A stretch of 64,000 nucleotides of DNA. It comes from Paramecium tetraurelia (taxonomy: Eukaryota). The stretch covers positions 62,001 through 126,000 of the forward strand of contig CT868030.1 of the NCBI GenBank assembly GCA_000165425.1, given 5' to 3'. Under the pieces are notes generated by a model. The model was not told the DNA's origin and did no database searches. It saw only the letters and a list, made by a program, of their open reading frames with translations. Below are positions 28,701-40,756 of the stretch, piece by piece. Position 1 is the stretch's first letter, and each line of letters opens with the position of its first letter. Made by a program: the position numbers and the translations under genes.

Positions 28701-30583
28701 AAATTCATAAAGAATCAAATATTGACAACGTTTAAATTGATAAAATGTATTCTTTAATTGAGTCTATTTTGTCAGTGAAAACACCAAAATATCTTTAGAA
28801 ATTTGTAGTTCTTATGTTAATTTGGCATTCCATCTTTATTATTTTTGTCACCATCTTCTTTGTCTCTTTGTAAGAAGACATTCAATAAGTGAAGTCGCAT
28901 CTTGAAATGGTAACTTTTTATGCAGCAATCATGGCACCTCATGATCTTTTCTTTTCTATGAGAGTTACTATAACTGCTTATCAATAAATGCAAAGAGAAG
29001 GATTCCTTACTCAGAAATAAGTGACAGAATTAACTAATCCCTATTACGATCATATTGAATTAGGATTTACTGAATTAAGGGATAGTTTTTATGAATAACT
29101 TAATAATAAATATCTATAGGAATTCTTGAATGATATCAATGTGACAATGTATTTCATGAAGGATGATGAAAAGTCAATATACCCACTGAACCTTACCTTC
29201 AGAGATGCTTTATTAGTCATACTCTAATATCAATATTCTTAAATGATGACTTTTTACTATCGGCAAAGCACATCAGGTAAACCATTTTAGATTTCATTGT
29301 TTGCCAATTATTTCATGCTTCATTCTAAATGTGAGTAGTTATCTAATGAAATCACAATCTACTCTATAGAAAATAAAAACTATATTCATAGAAAATGGTC
29401 GATTATTACTTTTGTAGGCTTTTCTTCCTTAATTCTATTTTACCTAATAATTTAAAGTTATTAAATATATTTTTTTGTCTAACTGGACTAAATGTACGAA
29501 TTAATAAATACATTAACATTTGATATTGTTTAAAAGGAGATTGATAAATTTCACGAATACATCAATAACTACAAATTAGATCGATATATTTTACTTGATT
29601 ATGATCCAATCGATAGATATTGTAATTAGATTGAAAATTATCAAAGAAATTTAGGGTAGTAATATATAAAAGTAAAAATTAAGACAAAAAATTAACCAAA
29701 ATTGATAAATTATTCTATGCTCTTTTCATTATGTGCATTACTATCTATTTATTTTATTCTCATTTTTAGTAATACAAATACTTATTTATAAAAATATGAA
29801 GGCAACTTACAATTCTATAAAATTTTGCAAGATCTAAAATTACGACCAGGTAGCCTATTTTTATATAGAGAAATCTTTTTTAGGTGGTCAAATTTTACAT
29901 TTTTAACTGAGGAAAATTAACAAGAGTTATATTCTCTGGTTGATAAAGCAGAATAATCTATCAATAGTTATTTAGAAAATACTAACGCCTTTTATGTAAA
30001 TTCTTAGATTATTGATGATGAATTTGATTAATTATATAGTTTAGTTAGTCAAGATAATCTGTGTTAATTCATTGATAAAGTAATTTAATAATTAAAAAGT
30101 AGAAATTTTAAAATCTAACTTCAAAATATTGCAATTTATCCTTTGATGGATCCTTAAAGTCTGGAATGATATCTACATTAAATCACTTATTACATTCCAT
30201 CTAAACTCAAAAGGCTGTTAACAATTTTACGAAAAGAGTAGAAGTTAGCTTATATGAATAGGAAGGATCACAAATAGTGACCAGAGTCTTTTTCTCACTT
30301 TCCAATCAATTTAGCAAAAGTGCTGCTTCATAGGCTGACTTTTCTATCTAGCTAATTAAGGTATTATAAATTATTCATATCATATTAGATTTTATCCTTA
30401 GGTTTTATAGTTTATATCATAATAGTCTTACTTATGATGCAACTAATATATCGTCCTTATTTATAAAAGCTTTTTAAAGTACTTAAAAGATCAGTTTATT
30501 TGATCCCATTTGATTCCTTATTCTCAAGTGAAAGCTTAGAACTACGCTTAAAATCTATTAGTTATAAGCTATAATTATTATGA
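25740..30583 (+). CDS. Multi-pass membrane protein with PAS-like domain (ciliate-expanded family), copy 1
   Basis: N-terminal TM cluster with RPDLL, HRQVCMDLSCVFC, PAS-like INDLLPKYLVKHHCTYVKRFFETG, further C-terminal TM helices; introns near 30090 and 30361. Confidence 0.75.
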
Positions 30584-30739
30584 TTCTTAAGCCAAAATGA
30601 TATCGAATTTGATAATATCAACGTTGATTTTATATTTTAATGTTATTGCTTAATTAAATAAATAGATTATTTTAAATATACAATAATTGCCAATCTAGTT
30701 AATAATTAATCAATATATCGAAATATAAAATTATTAATG

Positions 30740-31607
30740 TCAAACATCAACCCCTTCAAATGCTAAACCAATTATATAACTTGCACTAGCTGCTGCACTT
30801 CCGATGATTAAAGTTTCTAATCCAGCCCAATACCATTTTTGATAGGAAAAAAATGATTTAGAAACACCAAGTATAAATAAGAAGAAACCTGTTAATGCAA
30901 TTGATGTTTCAAATAAATTATCTGACAATCCAGCAATACTTCCAACAATAAATGGTAATACTATTATTATATATATAACAGTAATTACATGGCATCAATC
31001 CGAATAATCCAAACGAAAAGAATGTGACTATGGCATCTTTAATAGGATGCTCGTCTATACTCATTAATCCAAGTTCTTCAACCATCATGACGTCAACCCA
31101 AACTTTTTTATTTTTTGCTAAAGTTTCTGCAATAATTACAGCTTCGTCATGATCTATACCTTTGGACTTAAGAATATTTCTAAAAATTTACTTTGTAGAT
31201 TTCAACCATTTCTTTTTTCTCGCCTTCAGGATTGGTTTCAACTTCCCATTATTCTCTATTTCTTTCATTTATTGTGAACTCAGCTTCACTCCTTGTAGAT
31301 ATGTAATCTCCCAAGGCCATTGATATTCCGTCACCAATCAAATTAGCAATTCCCATTCCTAGTACTACCCCTGTAGATAATCCAGCCTATAATTTATTAC
31401 AATAAATACTCCTGCCACTCCAGCAACAACTGAAAATGTTGTGACCATCCCATCTAAACCTCCATAAACCGCACTTTTAATATGTTCTCCTCCACTCTAA
31501 TGTTTTTCTTCATGATCCTCCTTTAATTATTATTATTCTTCATTTGTATGTGCTTTCTTAGATAAATCAACGTCTTTTTTTTCAAAAGCTACTTATGCTT
31601 AATTCAT
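30740..31607 (-). CDS. VIT1: Vacuolar iron transporter VIT1/CCC1 family
   Basis: HIKSAVYGGLDGMVTTFSVVAGVAG, GIANLIGDGISMALGDYIS, WVDVMMVEELG, C-terminal TM helices; three tiny introns. Confidence 0.92.
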
Positions 31608-31651
31608 TAAAGGATCTTGAAATTAATTATAATTATTTATATCAATGAATA

Positions 31652-32500
31652 TCATAAATTCATTTCCAGCATTTCTCTCTTCAATTTTTCAATGACCTTC
31701 TCAACCAACTGCACCAATGTTTCTTCAGTTTTCTCTCTTTCTCCTCTAGTTTTTCTTAATTATTCCTATATTCTTCCTGAAATCTCTCTCAAACTTTCAA
31801 CGATTTCTTCTTCCTTTGCTTCTCTTTCCTTCTTTTCTCTAAATTATTAAATCCATATAAACCTTTCAAATAATTCCCTTAGATCATTTAATTGTTCTAC
31901 AAACTAATGATATATCTTCTCCTCAACATCCTTTCTTTCTGTGATTTCATTTTACAGTTCATCAGCAATTTTAGGCAAATCTTCATTCAAATAAGAATCA
32001 ATATATTCATGAGATGTAGATTGGGCCTACTTATAAAACTCAATTATTACAAGTCCTTCTTTTACAACTTCCTATTGTAAACTCTCAATTTAATGTCCTA
32101 TTGAATATACTATTTTTTTCTCTTATTCTACTCTATCCTTAGAATTTTGCTCAATCAATCTTCTTGCATGTCTTTCCAAATCAGTTATCAATTTAAAAGT
32201 CTCACTCTCTTGCCTTTCACGACTACCAATTATCAATTAAACTTATACTCCTCTTATTCCTATTCTAAAAATTCTGTTATTTGTCTAACTTTTTATGCAA
32301 TATAAGCAAATTTTTCTTCCTTTAAGTCAGATTAATGTTACAGTTACGCTTCAAAGGCCATAATCAATTAACTTATAGCATGAAAACGATTGTTTTTCCT
32401 ATTTTGTATTATTTATATCTTACTCATCCTAAACACTAGTAGAGATGTTGTTTAGCTTTTCAAAGATTGAGGACACTCTATTTTAGATATTCTCTGACAT
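31652..32500 (-). CDS. SF-assemblin/striated-rootlet-like coiled-coil protein
   Basis: MSENIQNRVSSIFEKLNNISTSVQDEK... with periodic E-x-x-ER-E repeats ending EREKTEETLVQLVEKVIEKL; several tiny introns. Confidence 0.65.
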
Positions 32501-32580
32501 TAAATTAATAATAAATTTTTATTTCTGTTTAATAAATTTTTGTTTATTAAATAAACAATCATAAATTATTTATTAATTAA

Positions 32581-33928
32581 TCACATTAAATGGTCATTAA
32601 TGTCAAAAGTATCACAATTCTTGTACTTTCTATGGATCTTTTAATAATTGATATGCTTTTGCTGCAAGGGTTCAGTTTAATTTAATTAAACATTGATCTC
32701 TCTTTGACTATTATTATATTCCATAATAGTAGAGTCTTACAAGTTCATCTAATTTAATTCTTGCCTTGTTTATTCAAGCAATTATCTTAATTAATCAATA
32801 TTATCATCAAAAGATAATTCATTTTTTGTAGTAAAGCACACCTTATCAAAATTCAAACGTTGCTACACAAAATGAGTAGGTTGCTATTCTTCTATTTTCA
32901 TTATGTCTTTTTTGAATTACTCATATTTAGGTATGTCATTTTTAGGAATCTCGGATTGATTTAAATTGCTAAAATCATCCTTTTGAATCCTAGAATTCGT
33001 AAAATCATTCTCTTTATTTTAATATTACACATTTTATTCTTTCACTTCTTAATTCATATTTTCAATATTTTATTAAGCAAAGCAATTCTCCTCTTTTTAA
33101 TAAAATTTGTTTTAGGTATTATTAACAGAAAAATTAGGAATCTCAGAGTAAACTGTCTTTGTATCAGTCAAAGCTGCATTACGAAAAGGGTTCTCTTCTT
33201 TCAATGATGAAATCTAAACTTCCTATGAATGCAAAGTATTTTCTAAAAATGAAATAACATTATCCAAGTTTTTCATGCCATTAAACCCATAATTCTCTTA
33301 GGTCTAGCATTTTCCTTCGGCAACCTAATTTTATTTGGTAATTGATTTTTTTGTTTCTTATTTGCCCTTATCAATCGATTTTTCCTATTCTGCTTTTAAT
33401 ATTTTTTCTGGTTTCTTCAGTCTTTAAGCCTAGTTTAAATATTTATACACTATACTTTTGCAACAAATGATTTTGTCTCTTCTAGGTCTTGTTTGATTTT
33501 ACTAAGAAAGTTTGGATCTTAGTTTTGCTGTCCTCTTTCACTTTCTAATAGTAACATCTTAGCTTATTCAAGAATATCTGGTTTGAATTAACTTTAAGAA
33601 TGGGCTCTCTCTGATTTTTCCCATTCAATCATTTATGTTAAATTCCTTCTTTTTGAAGTTGAGTTATTTAAACCCTTAGAATGCAAAGCTGTAAGATAGA
33701 TCTATTGTAGAGATAAATCAAAACTTTTTAGGTATCATCATCCATAACATTATTTTTCAACTTTTCCTATACTTATTACCACTAATCTTTGGCTTCCATA
33801 CGATGTTTCGACATTAAACTAATTTTCTTTTACATCAATTCAGCCTAGGATAGCTTGTAACGGTCCTAATCTGCAAATGATGAGACCCACTCAGGCTTTC
33901 CCTTTTGATTCTTTTATTTCGAATACAT
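32581..33928 (-). CDS. Hypothetical protein with SPICE1-like N-terminal motif
   Basis: KPEWVSSFADQDRYKLSQAELMQKKISLMSKHR resembles the SPICE1/CCDC52 N-terminus; remainder low complexity. Confidence 0.5.
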
Positions 33929-34110
33929 TGATTTCAAATTAATAACTGAAAATATTTTACAACTATTTTATTAAGTATTTTTTATGATTAAATTGTCATC
34001 CCAATATTTTATAATTGTTTAATCGCACACAAACTTTAGTGTATTTATTATTGATCCTTTATTTTGTTTTAAATAATTCAATTTCAAAATTATATAGCTA
34101 TTAATTGAGA

Positions 34111-37100
34111 ATGAAAGATTAAACAAATCAAAACTTATTAAGAAAATACATCCTAACGAATTTGAGAATTCTCTTAGTCGTTCATTAAAAAAGTTTAAGA
34201 ATATACTCTATGCTGAAATATATTTTCCTCTTTTTAGGATAATTGCAAAGCTCTTTTTTCTATCTATTTCCATGCTACCTCTCTTCTCTTAAAATGTTTA
34301 ACAAGTTCATACTGATATATCTCATAAGACCTGATTTGCTTTTAATTGATAATGTTATGATTGATATTGAAAACAAATACCTCTTTATAATCCCACTTTT
34401 AAGCATAATCGTTTTTGATGTATTAATTTTACAAGGGCAAGTGCTTATTGAATATCAGAATAAAAAGCTTTCTCAAAATCAGCATTAACAAATAATCATT
34501 AAAAGTTCCATATAAAAATTGATCATCAATTTGAAATCATTATACTCACAACTGTTTATTGTTTATTTGTACATACCTGCTCAAGTATTACCATTTACAT
34601 CTTTTGCCTATTCTGACGCCATGGAAGATTTTGAAATTCTTATCTTAAGTATAATTACAGTGATATCTAACATTTTTTTCTAGTTGTTGAAATTGAATGT
34701 TAGCAACACCACAATGGACCTATGCATTACAGGCTACGAAAGATTGCATTTTACAAAAATAGATTTTCTCAGAGAAATAGTTATCTTAATATAAGTCATA
34801 TTATATGGTATCATTGAAGATGTTGGAAGGGCTTAAATAGCATAAGGCCTATTATCAATTTTAGTAAGTCTCTCATATATAATCAATATTTTTGCCGATA
34901 AAACAATCGTTGTTGAAAGCTACATAAAATTAACCTTAGTAACTCAAATTTGTTTGTTATCCTTGATCTCAACTTCCCTCTTGGATTTTTGGCAATTAGG
35001 ATTACTATTGATTCCCATTCTAATTTTTGTTGGATTTAGCTATAGAAACCAAGATATTTTTAGATTAACTACAAGTATCTCTGAAATTAAGTGCATCTCC
35101 AAAATCATTTAATACATTTCATATCAAATTAATAATCATTCCAATCACAATTCAACAATAGACTAGATCTCACACTCCATACTATTAAATTTTCACAGAA
35201 GGAAATGCAATGATGCTGGATGCTACTGTAATTTAATTTCTGACAAAACAGATGAACCATTAAAAGTCCTTTATGTTTCAGACCTTATCCAGAAGAAATT
35301 TGTAATTAGCAAAATAAAACAATGGAATAAAGAGTTGAAAAAGAAAAGATCAGATCACTCAGATTAACATTGGATTTATTACATTAGTACTTTAAATCAT
35401 TATGGCCTCACGTCTCTTGCATTTCAAGAATGTAATAGATTATTATCATTACAAAATTCTATGAATCGTGGTTTTACATATCAGAATGAAATAAATTCTT
35501 CATCATAAAATCACCAGTAGTAAAGTCTACCTTCTCAATAAAGTGGATCCTAGTTACCTCGAAAAACATAGGCAAAATTATCAATGAATTCACTTGAATT
35601 GAAGTCAAATCTAAAGTTAAGCATTAGAAACTAAACACTCACTTTGTTATCATAGATGAAATTAGAATTAATTAGTAAAGATATAAGATTAGAGTTATAA
35701 AACAATTTCTTAAAAATATAGAGTAAATAATAGGAAGAAACAGCTGAAGCAATATAGTTATATTTATTTAGTGAGCAACAAAATTAAGCTGTTAAACATT
35801 AAGTATTAAGATGTTTGTAATAAAAATTATAGTTTTATAATTTTATAATAAACAACAAAAGCTAAAGATCTCATGAACTCTTTCGCAATGCAAAAATCTT
35901 ATCAAATTCATTTCTTAAATTAGAAAAAAAGCTACTATAATAATATTCACAATTTCCAAGCTAGAAAATATAATCGATAAATTGTTTTTTCCAATCAGAA
36001 TTACTAAATAATTATTTGACCGCATATAAGCTGGCCAATTTCAGCACAATAGCAGATGAAAAGTTATTAAATATGAGAAAAAACATTAAAATCAATTTAT
36101 TCGGAAAGAATGTTGTATACATGTTGATGAATTTAAATGAAGGCATGTAGACAATGAACATTTATCAATTTAGCAATAATGCCTATGATTTTTTGTAAAT
36201 CAGCTATGAGGAATGTATGAAAGTGTATAAGACAATTGATAATTTATTACCTCAAGCAATGCTAAATGAGCATCATTTGTTAGTTTAAAGGTTTATAATA
36301 CAAGGAACGAGTAAGTATTTCAGAAATATTAGCTTGAGCTTTATCTAATAATTGAATGGACTTGTTAAACCATTTAATTTGATTGTAGACATAATTATGA
36401 ATTAGACTAACAATTTATCTTTTGTGGCATTTTTTGAAGAGGTTTCCATAACTAATTGTTATATATTAGTTGATGTAAATGACTAATGTGGAGGTATCAC
36501 CTAAAATTTATTAGAGAAATTAGGATGGAAACAAAACGAAATTAAACAGTATTCTGAATAAATCAATCATGCTTTTTAAGTTAACATAAATTAAATAATT
36601 CCTAACTTCAACGAATTAAAGCTTTCCCAAAAGGAATAAAAGTTTTACAACACTCCAATAAATCTATTAACAAAGAAATCCATCACTACTTTTCAATAGA
36701 AATCTCTCGTTTTCGCTCACGATTCTTGGAAGAATATGGGAAATTTAATTAGTTTAAGTGGAACTATTATACTATAACCAAGGGAGTTGTGCGGTTATTA
36801 CTATTATATCATAGAAATAGAGGACATTAGATTATCTTAAACTTTATCTCAAATGGGCACTTAAGGCAAGGCTTTTACTATTTAATTGAATGAGGTTGAA
36901 AATACAAATAACGACATTGAAGTTAGTGATTTGGTTGTTTCTGGTTCTGAGGCAGGGATAAATAAACCTCAATCATTAAATATTTTTGCATTATCATCAT
37001 CTGTATCAGAGCAAGATTAAGAAAATGCATTTTCCCATCAATAATTATAGGCTATTCTTCATGGATAGGAAATCTAATAAGATAGAGGGACGACTGCATC

Positions 37101-39309
37101 GAAGTTAATTTAATAGAATCCAAATTATTAATATTAAGAATATAATTTAGAGGATGCTAAAAATAATGAAAAACAGAATTTAGGTGATGTAAATCCTAAT
37201 CAAAGTATTCGAAAATTAATGGACACAAGCAAATCTTTTGCTTAATAAAGGTTTTTTAATTTAGAAATCTAAGATTTGGATTAATCAAATAGTAAAATAA
37301 GTGATGCTATCTAAAACTAAATGAAAGATGTCAACCAAATGTATGATGTGGATCTTAATAAAATTGATAAAGAAATGAGAGAAAACATCAGACTTTAATT
37401 ATAGCTTGAACTTGATTAAAAAAATTAAGCCAATTAACAAATGGATGATGCTGCTTCTCAAGTTTCATCTCTAATAGGATTGAAAAAATCTCTATTTTAT
37501 AAAAAGTATGAACTTATAAATAGATTAATGGAAAGTAATTTAAGACCGAGTTCCTATAGATACTGCAATTTACTGCTATTTCTATCTTAAATAATAGTTA
37601 TTATCTTCTGCCTCATCATATTAACGAATCTTAACGATGATTTTAATAGATTTATTTAAGAAGTAGATATGCTCCTATTTAGCTATAGCTTTATGACTCC
37701 TTTTGATATATTCTTGTCTCTGAGGTTTGCAACTGTTTATTACTCTTTTGGGACGTTTGTAGGTGAAATTAAACCTTCTGAAAATATCTAATTTGGGAAT
37801 TGGTTAGCCAGCCATTTAGGCGAAGGTTACGACGTGATGAAGGGAAATTTCTTAGAACAATTTTCTAATCCATATATTTTAGAGTTTTTTACAGATGAAA
37901 ATTTTGATGTGCTCTTTATGAAAAAGAACTCTTCAGACATGGAATAGAAAACAATTTCCTTTAGAGAATCCTTAAATGTTTTATTACAATATCAATATTA
38001 ATTTAAGATTGCATATGAACAGAAAACTTCTTTGGTTTCTTAAGCGTTTTCAGCATATCCTTATGCAAACTATTTAAATCTGCACGATAAGTTTGATTTT
38101 TTGACAACGAATATCCTTGAATATACGAAAAATAGGACAGAAGCAGTTTAGCAGAATTGGACTTGGATTTGGATACCTTTTCTTATTATTGATTTTCTGT
38201 TAATTTTCGGTTGCTATCAATTTTATAAAAGCTATATGCAAATATATGAAAACTTTTTGAATCTATTTAAATATGCTGAAACTATTTGGATCAATAGAGA
38301 TATGGAGAGGTATAAAATTTTAATTAACATTTTAAATAAGAATTCTGATGTGATGTTCAAATATCAATTTGATTTAGAGCAAAAAGAAAAATATATGATG
38401 GCAGAGAGATATAAATTGGAAAATCAAGGACTTCATGAAAGTAAGAAGAAGAAAAGCTATAAAGATTATCATTAAATACCTACATTGATTGGATTGATTT
38501 GTCTCTCTGCTTTATTCTCAGTATTTTTTGTTTCATCTTTAATAATTCAAATGTAGACTAATGATTATCTTGATAGATATACTAATACAGCAGACATCTA
38601 TAAATATATTGGAGATCTATGTTTTCAAATACCAGGATTGTTTTCTTAGAGGTAATTCTTATATTGGTGGTTTTTATATTACCCAAATGATAATGATAAA
38701 CCTAGAATGACGACTCGACTCTTTGATGGAATCGAAAGTTGTAGGAAATTTGATACTACGATGCAATATTTTAATTAAGAAACCTACTTAACCACTGAAA
38801 CTTTTGTTGATTCTTTAAACAATTTAACTTAGAAACCGGTTTGCAACTTCTTTAACCAAACAATATAAGAGGATTACTCTTTTTACTGCAATCGATCATA
38901 TGAAGGAGCTTTGACAATGGGAATTACATAAGCTCTTATTTATATAGCAAATTCATTTACAACATTGTATGAATTAAACAATTTTACTTCCATAGTCAAA
39001 TACTATAAGTATGAAGCAGAGGGAATGTATATAATTGTTAAGGGATTGATTGAACTAGTAAGCTTATTAAAGGAGGCTTTACTTCAAGCCACAAGTTCGC
39101 ACATGGATTAAATTATAGGGTTAAGTGTATTTCTTTTAGTATTTTAAATTTTAATATTCCTTCTTCAATTTTTTATCTTGCATAGATATTACACACATGA
39201 ATACTAATTAGTGAGAAGATTTATGCTATTATTACCCTCCTCAACAGTCCTATTAGATGACAATTTTGAAAGAAATATTAGAGTATTTTACACATAATAT
39301 TAAATTTGA
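34111..39309 (+). CDS. Multi-pass membrane protein with PAS-like domain, copy 2
   Basis: RPDLL, HRRKCNDAGCYC, PAS-like IDNLLPQAMLNEHHLLVQRFIIQG, MDDAASQVSS, C-terminal TM helices; long code-6 ORF, TGA 39307-39309. Confidence 0.78.
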
Positions 39310-39541
39310 TTGAATGTATCAATATATTAAATAAATATTTATTAAATTGAATATTATTAATTTATACTAAAATTACATAAAATATTTTATTTTTAAATAA
39401 ACTTGGAAACAGTTCAAAATCATATGAATTATTCGTGACTATAGCTATGTTTAAATTTTAATACATATGTAATTCAATGATTGTTATTAAAATATACAGA
39501 GGATTGCATATTAGTTATATTTTCAATATATAAATAAATTT

Positions 39542-40107
39542 CACGATAATTCTATTTAAATGGGTTTTTAGATGTTCTTTTTATTAGACTTAACACATAC
39601 TAAAGGTTTCTATAAAAAGTATTTTGTTATGAGAACTTTAGTCTCTTGTTATTAATTAGGATTTGGAGTTTCTGGTTTTTATTATTAAATAATTCTAAAA
39701 TGGGATAGTTATAGAGACTTATTGATTTATCCATCCAAATTAGATTTTAATTTTCTTGAAGTTAGGTAAGTTGGAATTCTTTTTTTCTCTATCAGAAAAT
39801 GCTATGATTTTTCTAATCGTACGGGTAATTAAAATCGAAAAGGAGATATATGGATTTATTAATCCAAATAATTATCCATATGAGCTTTTGGATTTTAAAT
39901 AGATTTTCTTATTGCCTCAATAGTATTATAATTTATTTCAGTTTTGTGTTATTTTGAGATACTGAGTGAGCTATCCTTATACTTGGAAACAGATTTTTAT
40001 GAAGTTCGACAAATCTTTCTCGCTTTTTATACAAAATCATCAAAAATGCTAAATTCATTTGGTTTCGGTTTTAAGAATATTTTGCTTTAGTAGTCGTTGT
40101 TTAACAT
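39542..40107 (-). CDS. Hypothetical protein
   Basis: MLNNDYQSKIFLKPKPNEFSIFDDFVQKARK... open in code 6; the stop is 39542 with a terminal intron, or 39474 without it. Confidence 0.5.
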
Positions 40108-40147
40108 TTGATAAAAATAATATAAAATGATTTTAGCATAATAATGT

Positions 40148-40675
40148 TCACTTTTTAAAATAATAAAAGGTGTCTGGAGAGACAATTCCTTCCAAGAATC
40201 TAGTAATGTACTTTAAATGAGTTAATTTTGTGGATTCTGATCTCATCTATGAATGCATTACATAGGAATAAGCATATTTGGAATAGAACTCAAATGATAA
40301 TTCTGAGAATATTTTTTTGTAGATATCGTCATCAACAGTCCAAATCCGTTTAAATTGCTCAAAGTTTTCTAATTTTTAATTTGTAACCCACTTCTTGAAA
40401 TGAGGGACGCTACTTTCTGGAATGTATTGTTTTATTATTTTACAGGCTTGTTCATTATTCAAAATAAATCTATTTAGAGCATTACCAAAGTTTCTAAGGA
40501 GATTCTTTGTGTCCTCCTTTTTTTAATTTTCCTCTTTTGCCTTCTCGACCAATTATTAGAAAATGTTCAATGGCAACGTGATGGATTAGTCTTCAATCTT
40601 AATTTTCTTATTGATCGAAGGTTCGTCTTGTATTAATTTGTAAGGTCTAAAATTGGATATCTTATTAATCATCAT
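40148..40675 (-). CDS. Uncharacterised ~175 aa protein with TKN-x-x-x-NFG motif
   Basis: Intronless code-6 ORF: EDTKNLLRNFGNALNRFI...FKRIW...IFSELSFEFYSKYAYSYVMHS...FLEGIVSPDTF. Confidence 0.75.
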
Positions 40676-40756
40676 TGAGTTGAATATCCTTTAACTTAGT
40701 TTTTAATTCGATTCTTAATAAATATAATTTATTTACGAATAATCATAACAACTTAG

